Positions 8,753-17,588 of a stretch of 32,000 nucleotides of DNA are shown here, piece by piece (position 1 is the stretch's first letter; each line of letters opens with the position of its first letter). This stretch comes from Acaryochloris marina MBIC11017 (GTDB taxonomy: Bacteria; Cyanobacteriota; Cyanobacteriia; Thermosynechococcales; Thermosynechococcaceae). A program made the position numbers and the translations under genes. The stretch lies in NCBI RefSeq assembly GCF_000018105.1, contig NC_009925.1, positions 2,730,001 to 2,762,000 on the forward strand. Reading direction: 5' to 3'. The notes under the pieces are model-generated. The model saw nothing but the letters and a program-made list of their open reading frames with translations. It had not been told where the DNA came from and did no database searches.

Positions 8753-10606
8753 ATGTTAGATGCTGACTTAAAGTCTCAACTCAGAGAAGCTCAAACTCAG
8801 ACTGATATTTTTAAAATATTGAAGCAAGTGAACTCTACAGACTTGTCAAGCTCAGATTACTTTTTTATTAGTAGAACTCTGAACAAAACAAATGTAGAAT
8901 CTAGCCTCAAAATTGCGTACTTCTCAAATTATACAATTGCTCCTCTGCCATCTTTCATTGAAGTACAGAGCGCTTTTCATACTATTGGTGTTAGGAGTTA
9001 TGTCGGAGAGTACAATCAGCATTATCAGGAAATTCTGAATCCAACTTCATCAGCACTAAGTTTCAAGCCAGATATCGCATTCTTATTATTATCACTGCAT
9101 GAATTATGCCCTACCCTACTCAATAGTTTTACCAGTCTGACCGATCAGCACAAACTAGATCAAAAAAATGTCATTCTTGAGCATATAGTGGACTGGGTAA
9201 ATCTCACTGTAGAGAAAACGAACGCTACAGTTTTTGTCAGTAATTTCTTACAACCGACCTTTCCATCTTTAGGAATTGCAGATAGTCAACAAGGCTATAG
9301 CGAAAATGAGTTTTATATTGAGCTCAACTTGGCATTACAAAAGAAATTTAGAGAAAACCCTAGGGTATACATTTTTGACATTGATAAGTTAGCCGCTAGA
9401 TATGGTAAGGAAGGTGCCATCAATCCAAAAATGTTTTTCATGGCTAAAGTTATTTGGCATGAAAAGTTTTTACCCACAATTGCTCAAGAATTTATTCGAT
9501 ATATCACTAGTTTCTTGGGTCAAACTAAAAAATGCTTGGTATTAGATCTCGATAATACGTTATGGGGAGGAGTGATTGGTGAGGATGGCATAGATGGTTT
9601 AAAGGTTGGAACAGGTGATCCAGTGAGTGAAGCTTATCTTGCTTTCCAATATAAGATTGCTGCCTTAAAAAACCGAGGCGTCATTCTGGGTATCTGCAGT
9701 AAGAACAATCAGGCCGATGCTCTAGAGGTTTTTGACAAGAAAGTCGACATGCCACTCAAACTCACTGATTTCTCAGCAAGTGAGATTAATTGGGAGCCTA
9801 AATATATCAATATTAAAAATATTGCCAAAAAGCTCAATATAGGGACCGAAAGCATACTTTTTATTGACGATAATCCTGTGGAATGCAGTCTGGTTTCTCA
9901 AGCACTACCTGAAGTCACAACGGTTCAACTACCAGCTGACCCAGCACTTTATGCAACTATTCTGGATAATATCCTTGTATTTGAGAAGTTTAATGTCCTC
10001 AGCGATGATCGCAATAAGGCACAGCAATATTCACAAAATGAGCAACGTCAAGAAGAAAAAGAAAGAATTGGAGACCTCAATACCTATCTTCATAGCTTAG
10101 AGACGAAAATTAAAATCCGCTTAGCTACGGATCAAGACTTACCGAGGGTCCATCAGCTGTTTTCGAAAACAAATCAATTCAACCTAACGACCATTCGTTA
10201 CTCAATGTCCGATATTGAGGATTTCCACAAGAATGAGCAAGATTCGATTATAGTTATCTCTGTTCAAGATAAATTTGGCGACTTGGGTACTGTAGGATTA
10301 TGCCTGCTCAAAAATCAAGAGCATCAACTTGTCATTGACAGTTTTATTTTGAGCTGTCGAGCCATGGGACGTGGGGTTGAAACAGCGTTGCTCAACTATG
10401 TCAAGCGTGAGTATCTATCTGGCCATCCTTCGTTGAAGCTGATTGGCTCTTATATTCCAACTAACAAGAATATGCCAACTAAAGACTTTTTTGAAGCACA
10501 AGGATTGACCCTGATCACTGAAAATAGTAGTGGTGAAAGGTATTATGAGATGCTTTCTGATGATGCATTAGAAATCCCTTGTCCCTGGATTAACGTTATT
10601 GATTAG
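8753..10606 (+). CDS. FkbH-like HAD-IIIC family protein (phosphatase/acyl-loading enzyme)
   Basis: HAD motif I LVLDLDNTLWGGVIGEDG, later FIDDNP, and a C-terminal LSCRAMGRGVE with the conserved Cys typical of FkbH-type enzymes. The track start is GTG 8750. Confidence 0.85.
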   Translation: MLDADLKSQLREAQTQTDIFKILKQVNSTDLSSSDYFFISRTLNKTNVESSLKIAYFSNYTIAPLPSFIEVQSAFHTIGVRSYVGEYNQHYQEILNPTSSALSFKPDIAFLLLSLHELCPTLLNSFTSLTDQHKLDQKNVILEHIVDWVNLTVEKTNATVFVSNFLQPTFPSLGIADSQQGYSENEFYIELNLALQKKFRENPRVYIFDIDKLAARYGKEGAINPKMFFMAKVIWHEKFLPTIAQEFIRYITSFLGQTKKCLVLDLDNTLWGGVIGEDGIDGLKVGTGDPVSEAYLAFQYKIAALKNRGVILGICSKNNQADALEVFDKKVDMPLKLTDFSASEINWEPKYINIKNIAKKLNIGTESILFIDDNPVECSLVSQALPEVTTVQLPADPALYATILDNILVFEKFNVLSDDRNKAQQYSQNEQRQEEKERIGDLNTYLHSLETKIKIRLATDQDLPRVHQLFSKTNQFNLTTIRYSMSDIEDFHKNEQDSIIVISVQDKFGDLGTVGLCLLKNQEHQLVIDSFILSCRAMGRGVETALLNYVKREYLSGHPSLKLIGSYIPTNKNMPTKDFFEAQGLTLITENSSGERYYEMLSDDALEIPCPWINVID

Positions 10607-10618
10607 GATTAATAAGTT

Positions 10619-10858
10619 ATGGCTGAAAATGGTGTCCAAGATAGAGTCAAGCTAGTTTTTTCTGACATTTTAGACATCGATCTTCAAACAATTTCAGATG
10701 ATCTTGGCCCTGATAACTGTGACAGTTGGGATTCTATGAATAATTTACGACTCATTACCGCTTTAGAAGAGGAATTTAGCATTAGCTTTTCCATGGAAGA
10801 AATCTCATCAATGGTCGATATAAGCCGGGTATTCGAGCTAATTGAGAGCAAAAGCTAG
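10619..10858 (+). CDS. Acyl carrier protein
   Basis: 79 aa and acidic, with the Ser attachment context DSWDSMNNLRLITALEEEF. It starts 12 nt after the FkbH-like stop. Confidence 0.8.
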   Translation: MAENGVQDRVKLVFSDILDIDLQTISDDLGPDNCDSWDSMNNLRLITALEEEFSISFSMEEISSMVDISRVFELIESKS

Positions 10859-10920
10859 ATTAACCCAGCATTAACCTTAGAATTGACCAATATATAAATA
10901 TCTTCAAGGAATATGCTTAA

Positions 10921-11448
10921 ATGAAAGCGAGTAAAATTGTTCGTAGATTTTTAGTTCCGTCACCTGTTATCACGCTATTTTATCTGGTTAAGTCTGGCGC
11001 AAAAATCAGCCCGAAAGCTGAGGTTGAGCTCAGCTCCTTTTTTACAATTGGTCGCCAATCGGTAATAAGTTCATTTACCAAGATTAAAGCATCTGAAGGA
11101 CCATTGAAGATTGGTTCAAATGTTTCTATTTCAACAGGATGCTTTATCAGTTCACATACGGGTGGACTTGAAATTGGTGATTACTGCTTAATTGGTCCAA
11201 ATGTAACCATAGTAGGTAATAATTATAACTATAGTAAAATTGATGTTCCCTTAGAACAACAAGGAATCATATCTAAGGGAATTAAGATTGGTAAGAATGT
11301 TTGGCTAGGTGCGGGGGTATGTGTTCTCGATGGAGCCACAATCGAAGATAATTGTATTATCACTCCTAATTCAGTTGTCTCATCCAATATTCCCGCTGGT
11401 GCGATCGCAAGTGGGCAACCAGCTAAGGTTATTTTTAAGCGTAGGTAG
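10921..11448 (+). CDS. Hexapeptide-repeat (left-handed beta-helix) acyl/acetyltransferase
   Basis: Repeating [LIV]G patterns: IGDYCLIGPNVTIVG, IKIGKNVWLGAGVCVLDGATIEDNCII. Confidence 0.85.
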   Translation: MKASKIVRRFLVPSPVITLFYLVKSGAKISPKAEVELSSFFTIGRQSVISSFTKIKASEGPLKIGSNVSISTGCFISSHTGGLEIGDYCLIGPNVTIVGNNYNYSKIDVPLEQQGIISKGIKIGKNVWLGAGVCVLDGATIEDNCIITPNSVVSSNIPAGAIASGQPAKVIFKRR

Positions 11449-11631
11449 TTTTCTAAAGAGAAGTTGCTGATTTATTTATTAAATCTATCTTCATTTCTAT
11501 TATTTTTTATGCGATATTATAGTTCTCATGTTAGTGATAATAAACCAGGAAGTTATTTAAACAAAGCATCATTAAAATCCACTAAATATGAATAATTAAC
11601 ATCAAGTTTCTTTGTTCTCTAAGCTTTAAAT

Positions 11632-12629
11632 ATGTGCTCATCTAGCATAAAAAATACTAGTCCTATTTTTATCTTCGGATCTGCACGGTCAGGGACGTCT
11701 TTACTGAGTCGGATTATTAATTCTCATCCTAGGATTTCAGTTCCATTTGAATCTCATTTATACGACACTTTCTATCCCTGGCTTAAGTATTATGGCGATT
11801 TGAATCTCTCTAAAAATCGAGAACGCTTAGTCGATGATATTTTAAGTATTGAATGTATGAGAGACTGGAGTCCAAGACCTGATCGAGAATGTGTTTTAGC
11901 AGAAATTTCACAAAATAACTTTGCTGGGATCGTAGATGGATTAATTCGATCATGGTCAATCAGCCAGGGAAAAAAAGATGGGGGGAAAAAACACCAGCCC
12001 ATGCTTTCTTTTGGCGTGAGATTTTGAGTGACTTTCCCAAGTGCAAGATTATTCATATTGTACGCGATGGTCGTGACTCATCCTTGTCATTAAAAAATGC
12101 TCGTTTTGGCCCTAAGCATTATTATCATTTAGCAAAAGCATGGGTTAAATATTTAAAAGTTATTGAAGCCTTAAAATCTGAAGTCAGTCGTGACTCTTTT
12201 TACGAGGTACGTTACGAAGACTTATTGTCTAATACTGACCATAAGTCTAGAGAAATATGCGATTTTATTGAGGAAGATTTTTCTGAAGAAATGCTCAGTT
12301 TTTATACTAATAGAAATCCATATCCAACTGATAAAGACAATCTTAGAAATCTAGCAAAGCCCATCATATCTAGCAATTCCAATAAATGGAAGAGTAGTAT
12401 GTCTCCTCGCGATCTGAGGATCTTTGAGTCAGTTGCTGGTCCTTACTTAGAGGCATATGGCTATGAAACAGTCATGAGTCATCCTAACATCTCCTCTATC
12501 GAGGAGGTATTAATTAAGTATTTTGAGCATCCTCCTAAGAAGATTTTATCTATGATCAAGAATAGAAAAGGCCATATTGATGGCTTGCGTAGGCTAGCCA
12601 TTTATACTCGTCTTGTTATTACTCAATAG
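11632..12629 (+). pseudogene. Sulfotransferase family protein in two overlapping frames (11632-12027 and 11952-12629); needs a -1 shift at the A7 run 11970-11976
   Basis: The 5'-PSB loop FGSARSGTS is in ORF1. RWGEKTP and the 3'-PB-like HIVRDGRDSSLS are in ORF2. My codon-by-codon reading shows that a -1 slip on GGA AAA AAA G gives a continuous SQGKKRWGEKTPAH. Confidence 0.8.
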
Positions 12630-12702
12630 TGTTATGCCCTTCATAAATCACGATTGAGTTATTGAAACATTGAATTTTTAAAATATATGCTAAATAACAA
12701 GC

Positions 12703-14199
12703 ATGAGTAAGTTCGTTAAGGGCGCTGGTATTTCATTTATTGGGCAACTTGGAAGCACTGGCTTAAAATATCTCACCCAAGTCACTCTAGCCTGGATTTT
12801 TGGAGCTGAAGTGTTTGGTTTATACACACTGGGGCTCGTTTTTTATCAATTTTGCGACTTGTTCGCCCGATTAGGCTTGGAGTTTGGGGCTGTACGTTAT
12901 GTTGCTATTAGCACGACTGCCGAAAGTCGACCCAAGTTAAAGGGGGTATTACTGACCGTACTGGGTCTCCCGTTTATGTTCGGGTGTGTTCTTGGAGGCA
13001 TGCTCTTTTATTCCTCTAGTTTGATTGCCACCGATATTTTCCAAAAACCAGCCTTAGCTGTTGTTCTACAAGTATTTTCACTCGCTATCCCTGTTGGAGC
13101 CAGCATGACTACAGGATCGTTTGCAACAACAGGGTTTCAAACGACTTTATATAGAGTCTTGGTATTTGACTTAATTGTACCCTTCACCAATCTACTCTTC
13201 GCTACTTGCTTAGGGTTAATCGGGTTCAGACTCTTTGGAGCATCTTTAGCTTGGTTAATCGCATTAATAGTGGGTTTAATACTGATCTTTTATTTTATTT
13301 ATAATCTGTTCCCAGATATAACTTCAAGCAAAGTAAAGCCCGCCTTTAACCTAAAAGAAATTATCAGTTTTTCTTTACCATTATCTTTTGGGACATTTGT
13401 TTGGCTACTCTTAATTTGGACTGATATTTTGATGCTGGGCTACTATAACAGTGCATCAGCAGTTGGGATTTATCGAGCTGCTTCACAAACTGCTTTTTTG
13501 ATGATCCTGTTTGATCGTTCTCTTATTACAATTTTTGCTCCTACAATTGCAAATCTATTTAACCAAGAAAAGTTATCAGAGGCTAATCAACTCTATAAAA
13601 CCTCTACTCGTTGGAATTTTATCCTAACTTTTCCGCTGTTTATTATACTCACCATTTCTAGCCAACATATACTCAAAATTTATGGTTCTGATTTTCAAGC
13701 TGCATGGATTATTCTAATTATCTTGGCGACTGGACAATTAACAAGATCAGGGGGCGGCGGCGTATGCATGCATATGTTAGCCATGTCCGGACATCAATAC
13801 TTAAAGCTATATGGTGATATTGCTTTAGCCATTACCAACATTACGCTTAATTTTTTGCTTATTCCCCTGTGGGGACCGCTAGGAGCATCGATCGCTACTG
13901 CATCTAGTATGGCTGGAATTAATTTGGTACGTGTGATTCAAGTCAAGTATGTTTTAGGAGTTTATCCATATTCGCTGCGTGATTTCAAAATCATCATTTG
14001 CGGTGTAGTTACTGCTATATCTGGTTACTTAATCCAGTATTTTTTGCATGATATTTCTTATTTACTGATAATTGCAATATCTGCACTTATTATGATATTT
14101 ATATATACTTCTATGCTATTTCTTACAGCGCTGAATGAAGATGATAAGCGACTTATCAATCAGTATAAAGTTAAGATTAATAAATTCATAAAAGCTTAA
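12703..14199 (+). CDS. wzx: MOP-superfamily polysaccharide flippase (Wzx-like)
   Basis: About 500 aa and highly hydrophobic, with around 12-14 predicted helices and a typical N-terminal GQLGSTGLKYLTQVTLAWIFG. Confidence 0.8.
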   Translation: MSKFVKGAGISFIGQLGSTGLKYLTQVTLAWIFGAEVFGLYTLGLVFYQFCDLFARLGLEFGAVRYVAISTTAESRPKLKGVLLTVLGLPFMFGCVLGGMLFYSSSLIATDIFQKPALAVVLQVFSLAIPVGASMTTGSFATTGFQTTLYRVLVFDLIVPFTNLLFATCLGLIGFRLFGASLAWLIALIVGLILIFYFIYNLFPDITSSKVKPAFNLKEIISFSLPLSFGTFVWLLLIWTDILMLGYYNSASAVGIYRAASQTAFLMILFDRSLITIFAPTIANLFNQEKLSEANQLYKTSTRWNFILTFPLFIILTISSQHILKIYGSDFQAAWIILIILATGQLTRSGGGGVCMHMLAMSGHQYLKLYGDIALAITNITLNFLLIPLWGPLGASIATASSMAGINLVRVIQVKYVLGVYPYSLRDFKIIICGVVTAISGYLIQYFLHDISYLLIIAISALIMIFIYTSMLFLTALNEDDKRLINQYKVKINKFIKA

Positions 14200-14667
14200 A
14201 TATATCCAGAAAGCACTATTAGTATAAAAGCTAGCCAAGAACAGCAAGTTTTGATAGGGATAGGGCCTTATACTTTAACGAGTTATTGTGTGATATAACT
14301 TCACTCGTTTGTAAGCCTCAACAGATCTTTGGATTAATGTTAAATGGCTGTGGAAAAAGACTAAAAAGCTTTGATTCGTTCGCTGCATACATTGAGCCAG
14401 TAGCATAGAATGAAGCGAAGATTACCAGAGATTGAGCGTTTTAGCCATATCATTAAACCCTAGCTTTGATCACGCCAAAGTGTTTTTACTGGTAGATTAT
14501 AATCATAATTCCAAGGTTGCAGCATATCTCATCAACATCACCCAAAACGCTATTTCTTCATGGGTAGCTGACTTTTAGCGATGACTAAAACGTACATAAT
14601 CAAGCTTAGCATTCCAGTTCTGGGGCTAGAATCATGCTTTGTCAAAGTAGTCGTAATACCAATTCAC

Positions 14668-15234
14668 TTATTGAGTGACCTTTATAGTCAAAGCATCCAA
14701 GATATAAGAATATCCCGTTAGAGAAGCCACCACCTTCTGGGAGAGGGTATTGATATGCTCAAATAAAGCGGTCTCCAGTGCCCCAATAGAATCAAAGTTT
14801 TTGCCTTTGAAAGGCTTTCTTAGGTCCTGCCATAATCGCTCTGCCGGATTGAGTTCTGGACTATGAGACGGCTGTACAATCGGCAACACATTCTCAGGCC
14901 ATCGAACCCAAGTCGCCATATGGGCTGCGGCTTGATCTATTTGCATCAGATTGAGACTCTGGGGAAACGCCAAGCTGAATTGCTCCAGGAAGCGCTCAAA
15001 ACAAACACTATCGAGATGAGAAAACCGATAGAAGAAACTGTCTCCTGTGAGAGGTTCGACAGCGCCATAGAGCCAGAAAGCCTCTCGGGGCCACTGTACC
15101 GTCACCACAGGTTTGACACCCCGCAACGTTAGAACCCGACCCGTGAGTGTCTTGAGTCCCCAGCGGCTTTCATCCATGCACCAGTAGCGCACTGGGTGTC
15201 CTTGGGCAAAATAGCGGGTCATTACCTCAATCAC
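14668..15234 (-). CDS. IS630 transposase, DDE catalytic part (orfB)
   Basis: WCMDESRWGL carries the first Asp, NLMQIDQAAAH follows, and the LNPAERLWQDLRK signature is present. It is in the +1 frame relative to orfA, and the junction sits at TATTAAAAAAC. Confidence 0.85.
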   Translation of the reverse strand: MIEVMTRYFAQGHPVRYWCMDESRWGLKTLTGRVLTLRGVKPVVTVQWPREAFWLYGAVEPLTGDSFFYRFSHLDSVCFERFLEQFSLAFPQSLNLMQIDQAAAHMATWVRWPENVLPIVQPSHSPELNPAERLWQDLRKPFKGKNFDSIGALETALFEHINTLSQKVVASLTGYSYILDALTIKVTQ

Positions 15235-15247
15235 ACGAGGAAGTTTT

Positions 15248-15727
15248 TTAATAGGCTTGTTGTTGAGCTTCCTCTGTCTTGCGTGAGCGAGGTCGAGGAA
15301 CTTTGAGCTTGGCTTTGAGCCGATAATGCACGGTTTGATGAACCGTTTTGTAGGGTACGTCTAATCCACACTCATCTAAAAGCCATTGTTGAATCGCCCC
15401 GTAGCTCTCAAAGCCCCTGGGGTCAGCTAGACGAGCTTTCAGCTTTTCGAGGACCTCTCCACCAATCATGGGGGGCTTCCCAGGAGAGGTAGGAATCTCC
15501 AGCATTGCCTGTAATCCCCCTGATTTATAGAGTTTGATCCAGCGATACACCGTGGATTCCCCTCGTCCGGTCAGGGTTGCCAACTCCATGCGAGTGGTGA
15601 CTTGACCACTTTTGAGCCAGTAGAGGGCTTGCAAGCGTTCTTTGCGACGACCGGAGGATTGTTGACGTAATAAACGTTTGAGTGTGTCTTCACTTTCACA
15701 GATATCAATTCGTAAGGGTCTGGGCAT
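15248..15727 (-). CDS. IS630 transposase, N-terminal HTH part (orfA)
   Basis: Winged-helix/HTH pattern TRMELATLTGRGESTVYRWIKLYKSGG. Confidence 0.85.
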   Translation of the reverse strand: MPRPLRIDICESEDTLKRLLRQQSSGRRKERLQALYWLKSGQVTTRMELATLTGRGESTVYRWIKLYKSGGLQAMLEIPTSPGKPPMIGGEVLEKLKARLADPRGFESYGAIQQWLLDECGLDVPYKTVHQTVHYRLKAKLKVPRPRSRKTEEAQQQAY

Positions 15728-16318
15728 GAGGGATAAGTATCAGCAACGCGCTACTCCCATAATACAAGTCACACATATATGGAATTGGTATAAGTCATGA
15801 ATAGCCTGAGTTAAGTGGTCTTTTCTATCTTTAGCCGTTCAATGTTACAAACACTTTTAAGAATATTCTGTTACTAGCTCAATTACAAAGATTCAATACC
15901 TGTAAAGTTCCTGAACCATGAGTCCACGTATTTCTAACTCCACCAGAAATGTTTCGGTACTACAGCTTTAGTGTCATTCGTCGATTTTTTTACTGAATTA
16001 CTTGCTTAGGAGACTGGCGCTATCAATTTACCAGCTAAGTTTAAATTTCATAATAAAGTCGAGTTTCAATCCCCTAGCTTTCTTCGTCCATTCTAGTGCG
16101 TTTGAAATCAGGGATTATTGCTGAATGTGTAGAAAAATATTAATTATTGGGAACACTAACTTAATAATACCAAAATTAACGCTCTATTAAAAGAGTACGA
16201 GATTACTTCTGGATGATTTATTAGGGAGTAGTCATTCGATAGTTATTTTTAGGCAAAATAACTTTAATTATTCCAGGTTTTTTACTTAAGCAACAAATCA
16301 AATATCTTTCAGAAAACT

Positions 16319-17497
16319 ATGGTCAATATACTGTTTGTCGCCGACAAATTAGCACTAGGAAATGCCACAATTCATGGGGTAACTCAATTATTCTCTTGGT
16401 GGATTCCCAATTTTGACCCTGACAAGTATCAAATCACTCTTTGCACATTCAAGGGGAAAGATAAAGCTGGAGAATATTTAGAGAAAAGTGGTATAAAGGT
16501 TATTTATTTTAATCGGTCTAAGTTCAGCCCTGCGATTTTTTTCGATCTTCTACAGACGATAAAAGCTCATAATATTAACATTCTCCATTTACATGGATAT
16601 GGCGCTTGTACTTATGGCAGGCTAGCGAGCATGCTCACTCATATTCCAGCCGTGGTTCATGAACATATGGTTGATGAAAGCATGCCGCCATACTTTAAAC
16701 TTTTAGACTATTTACTATCTCGATGGACAGAGCGAGGAATAGCCATTTCTGATGCGGTTGCTAAATTTATGGAAACCTCCAGACATATTCCATCTCATTT
16801 AGTTGATGTTATTCCCAACGGCATCCCTTTAGAGAAATTTGAAAATATAGACTCACACCAAGCCAGTTCATGGAAAGATGAATTCTCAATTTCTAACGAA
16901 CATCAGCTTGTCGGCATTGTCGGTAGATTAAATCCCATTAAAGGCCATCGCTTTTTTCTAGAGGCTGCCTCTATTGTGCTGCAATCTTATCCAAACATTC
17001 GCTTCCTAGTTGTAGGCGATGGAGATTTACGGACTGAGCTACAAGAACAAGCTGAACGCTTGGGTATTACAGACTCAGTAATTTTCACAGGTTTTCGGTC
17101 TGATGCATTTTCCATTATCTCGGCTATGGATATTTTGGTAATCTCTTCATTATCCGAAGGTGGACCGCTGACACTCTTTGAGGCAATGGCAGCTGGAACA
17201 GCCGTGATCGCCACTAATGTTATTGGGCTAAGTCATTTCGTCAAACCTGGAGAATCAGGTTATCTAGTCCCTTCTCAGGATTCTGAAGCCTTGGCAAACA
17301 GGATCTTAGAACTTGTCCAAGATCAGGAGCTTTGTGAAAAGATGGGGCATGTCGCAAAATCCATGATTCAGAAGCAGGATAATAAAAGTACTGTAAAAGC
17401 AATCGAGCAATGCTATGAGGCAGTGCTTCAAAGCTCGACAAAGTCACGGAATTTGCCAGACCAAACATTAGCTCATCAAATTTCCATGAGAAGCTAG
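16319..17497 (+). CDS. GT4 family glycosyltransferase (intact, both GT-B domains)
   Basis: N-domain MVNILFVADK...GG, and C-domain GRLNPIKGH, FLVVGDG, SLSEGGPLTLFEAMAAGTAVIAT (E-x7-E). Confidence 0.88.
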   Translation: MVNILFVADKLALGNATIHGVTQLFSWWIPNFDPDKYQITLCTFKGKDKAGEYLEKSGIKVIYFNRSKFSPAIFFDLLQTIKAHNINILHLHGYGACTYGRLASMLTHIPAVVHEHMVDESMPPYFKLLDYLLSRWTERGIAISDAVAKFMETSRHIPSHLVDVIPNGIPLEKFENIDSHQASSWKDEFSISNEHQLVGIVGRLNPIKGHRFFLEAASIVLQSYPNIRFLVVGDGDLRTELQEQAERLGITDSVIFTGFRSDAFSIISAMDILVISSLSEGGPLTLFEAMAAGTAVIATNVIGLSHFVKPGESGYLVPSQDSEALANRILELVQDQELCEKMGHVAKSMIQKQDNKSTVKAIEQCYEAVLQSSTKSRNLPDQTLAHQISMRS

Positions 17498-17549
17498 TTT
17501 TCTATTAGCATCATCATCTAGATAATAGACAATTACTCTAGAAATCACT

Positions 17550-17582
17550 TATGTTTCTCACTGCCAGTATGTTTCTCACTGC
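17550..17582. repeat. Two tandem copies of TATGTTTCTCACTGC with an 18-bp period
   Basis: Read directly: 17550-17564 and 17568-17582 are identical. The repeat lies in the 91-bp gap between convergent genes. Confidence 0.9.
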
Positions 17583-17588
17583 AATAAA

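Larger units (their letters stand above)
14656..15791 (-). mobile_element. IS630-family insertion sequence
   Basis: Terminal inverted repeat ATACCAATTC (14656-14665) / GAATTGGTAT (15782-15791), with TA immediately left (14654-14655) and TA spanning the right edge (15791-15792). Two transposase ORFs lie inside. The exact ends are uncertain by 1-3 nt. Confidence 0.8.

Noticed and set aside
9864-10100. 78-aa ORF inside the FkbH-like gene in another frame
   Set aside because: AT-rich coding DNA yields chance open frames. The host frame carries the conserved HAD/FkbH motifs.
11790-12056. 88-aa minus-strand ORF across the sulfotransferase frameshift region
   Set aside because: It is antisense to two sulfotransferase fragments whose motifs explain the region, and it has no recognisable domain.
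14863-15132. 89-aa plus-strand ORF inside the IS630 element
   Set aside because: It is antisense to the DDE transposase ORF, which has clear family signatures.
16063-16116. CRISPR-repeat-looking strings GTTTCAATCCCCT and GTTTGAAATCAGGGATT
   Set aside because: There is only this one pair, the members are not identical, no regular repeat-spacer periodicity exists, and no cas genes are in the window. At most it is a weak hairpin (AATCCC/GGGATT) in the GT4 upstream region.
16987-17468. Two 75-aa minus-strand ORFs inside the intact GT4 gene
   Set aside because: They are antisense shadows of a CDS with full GT4 motifs.
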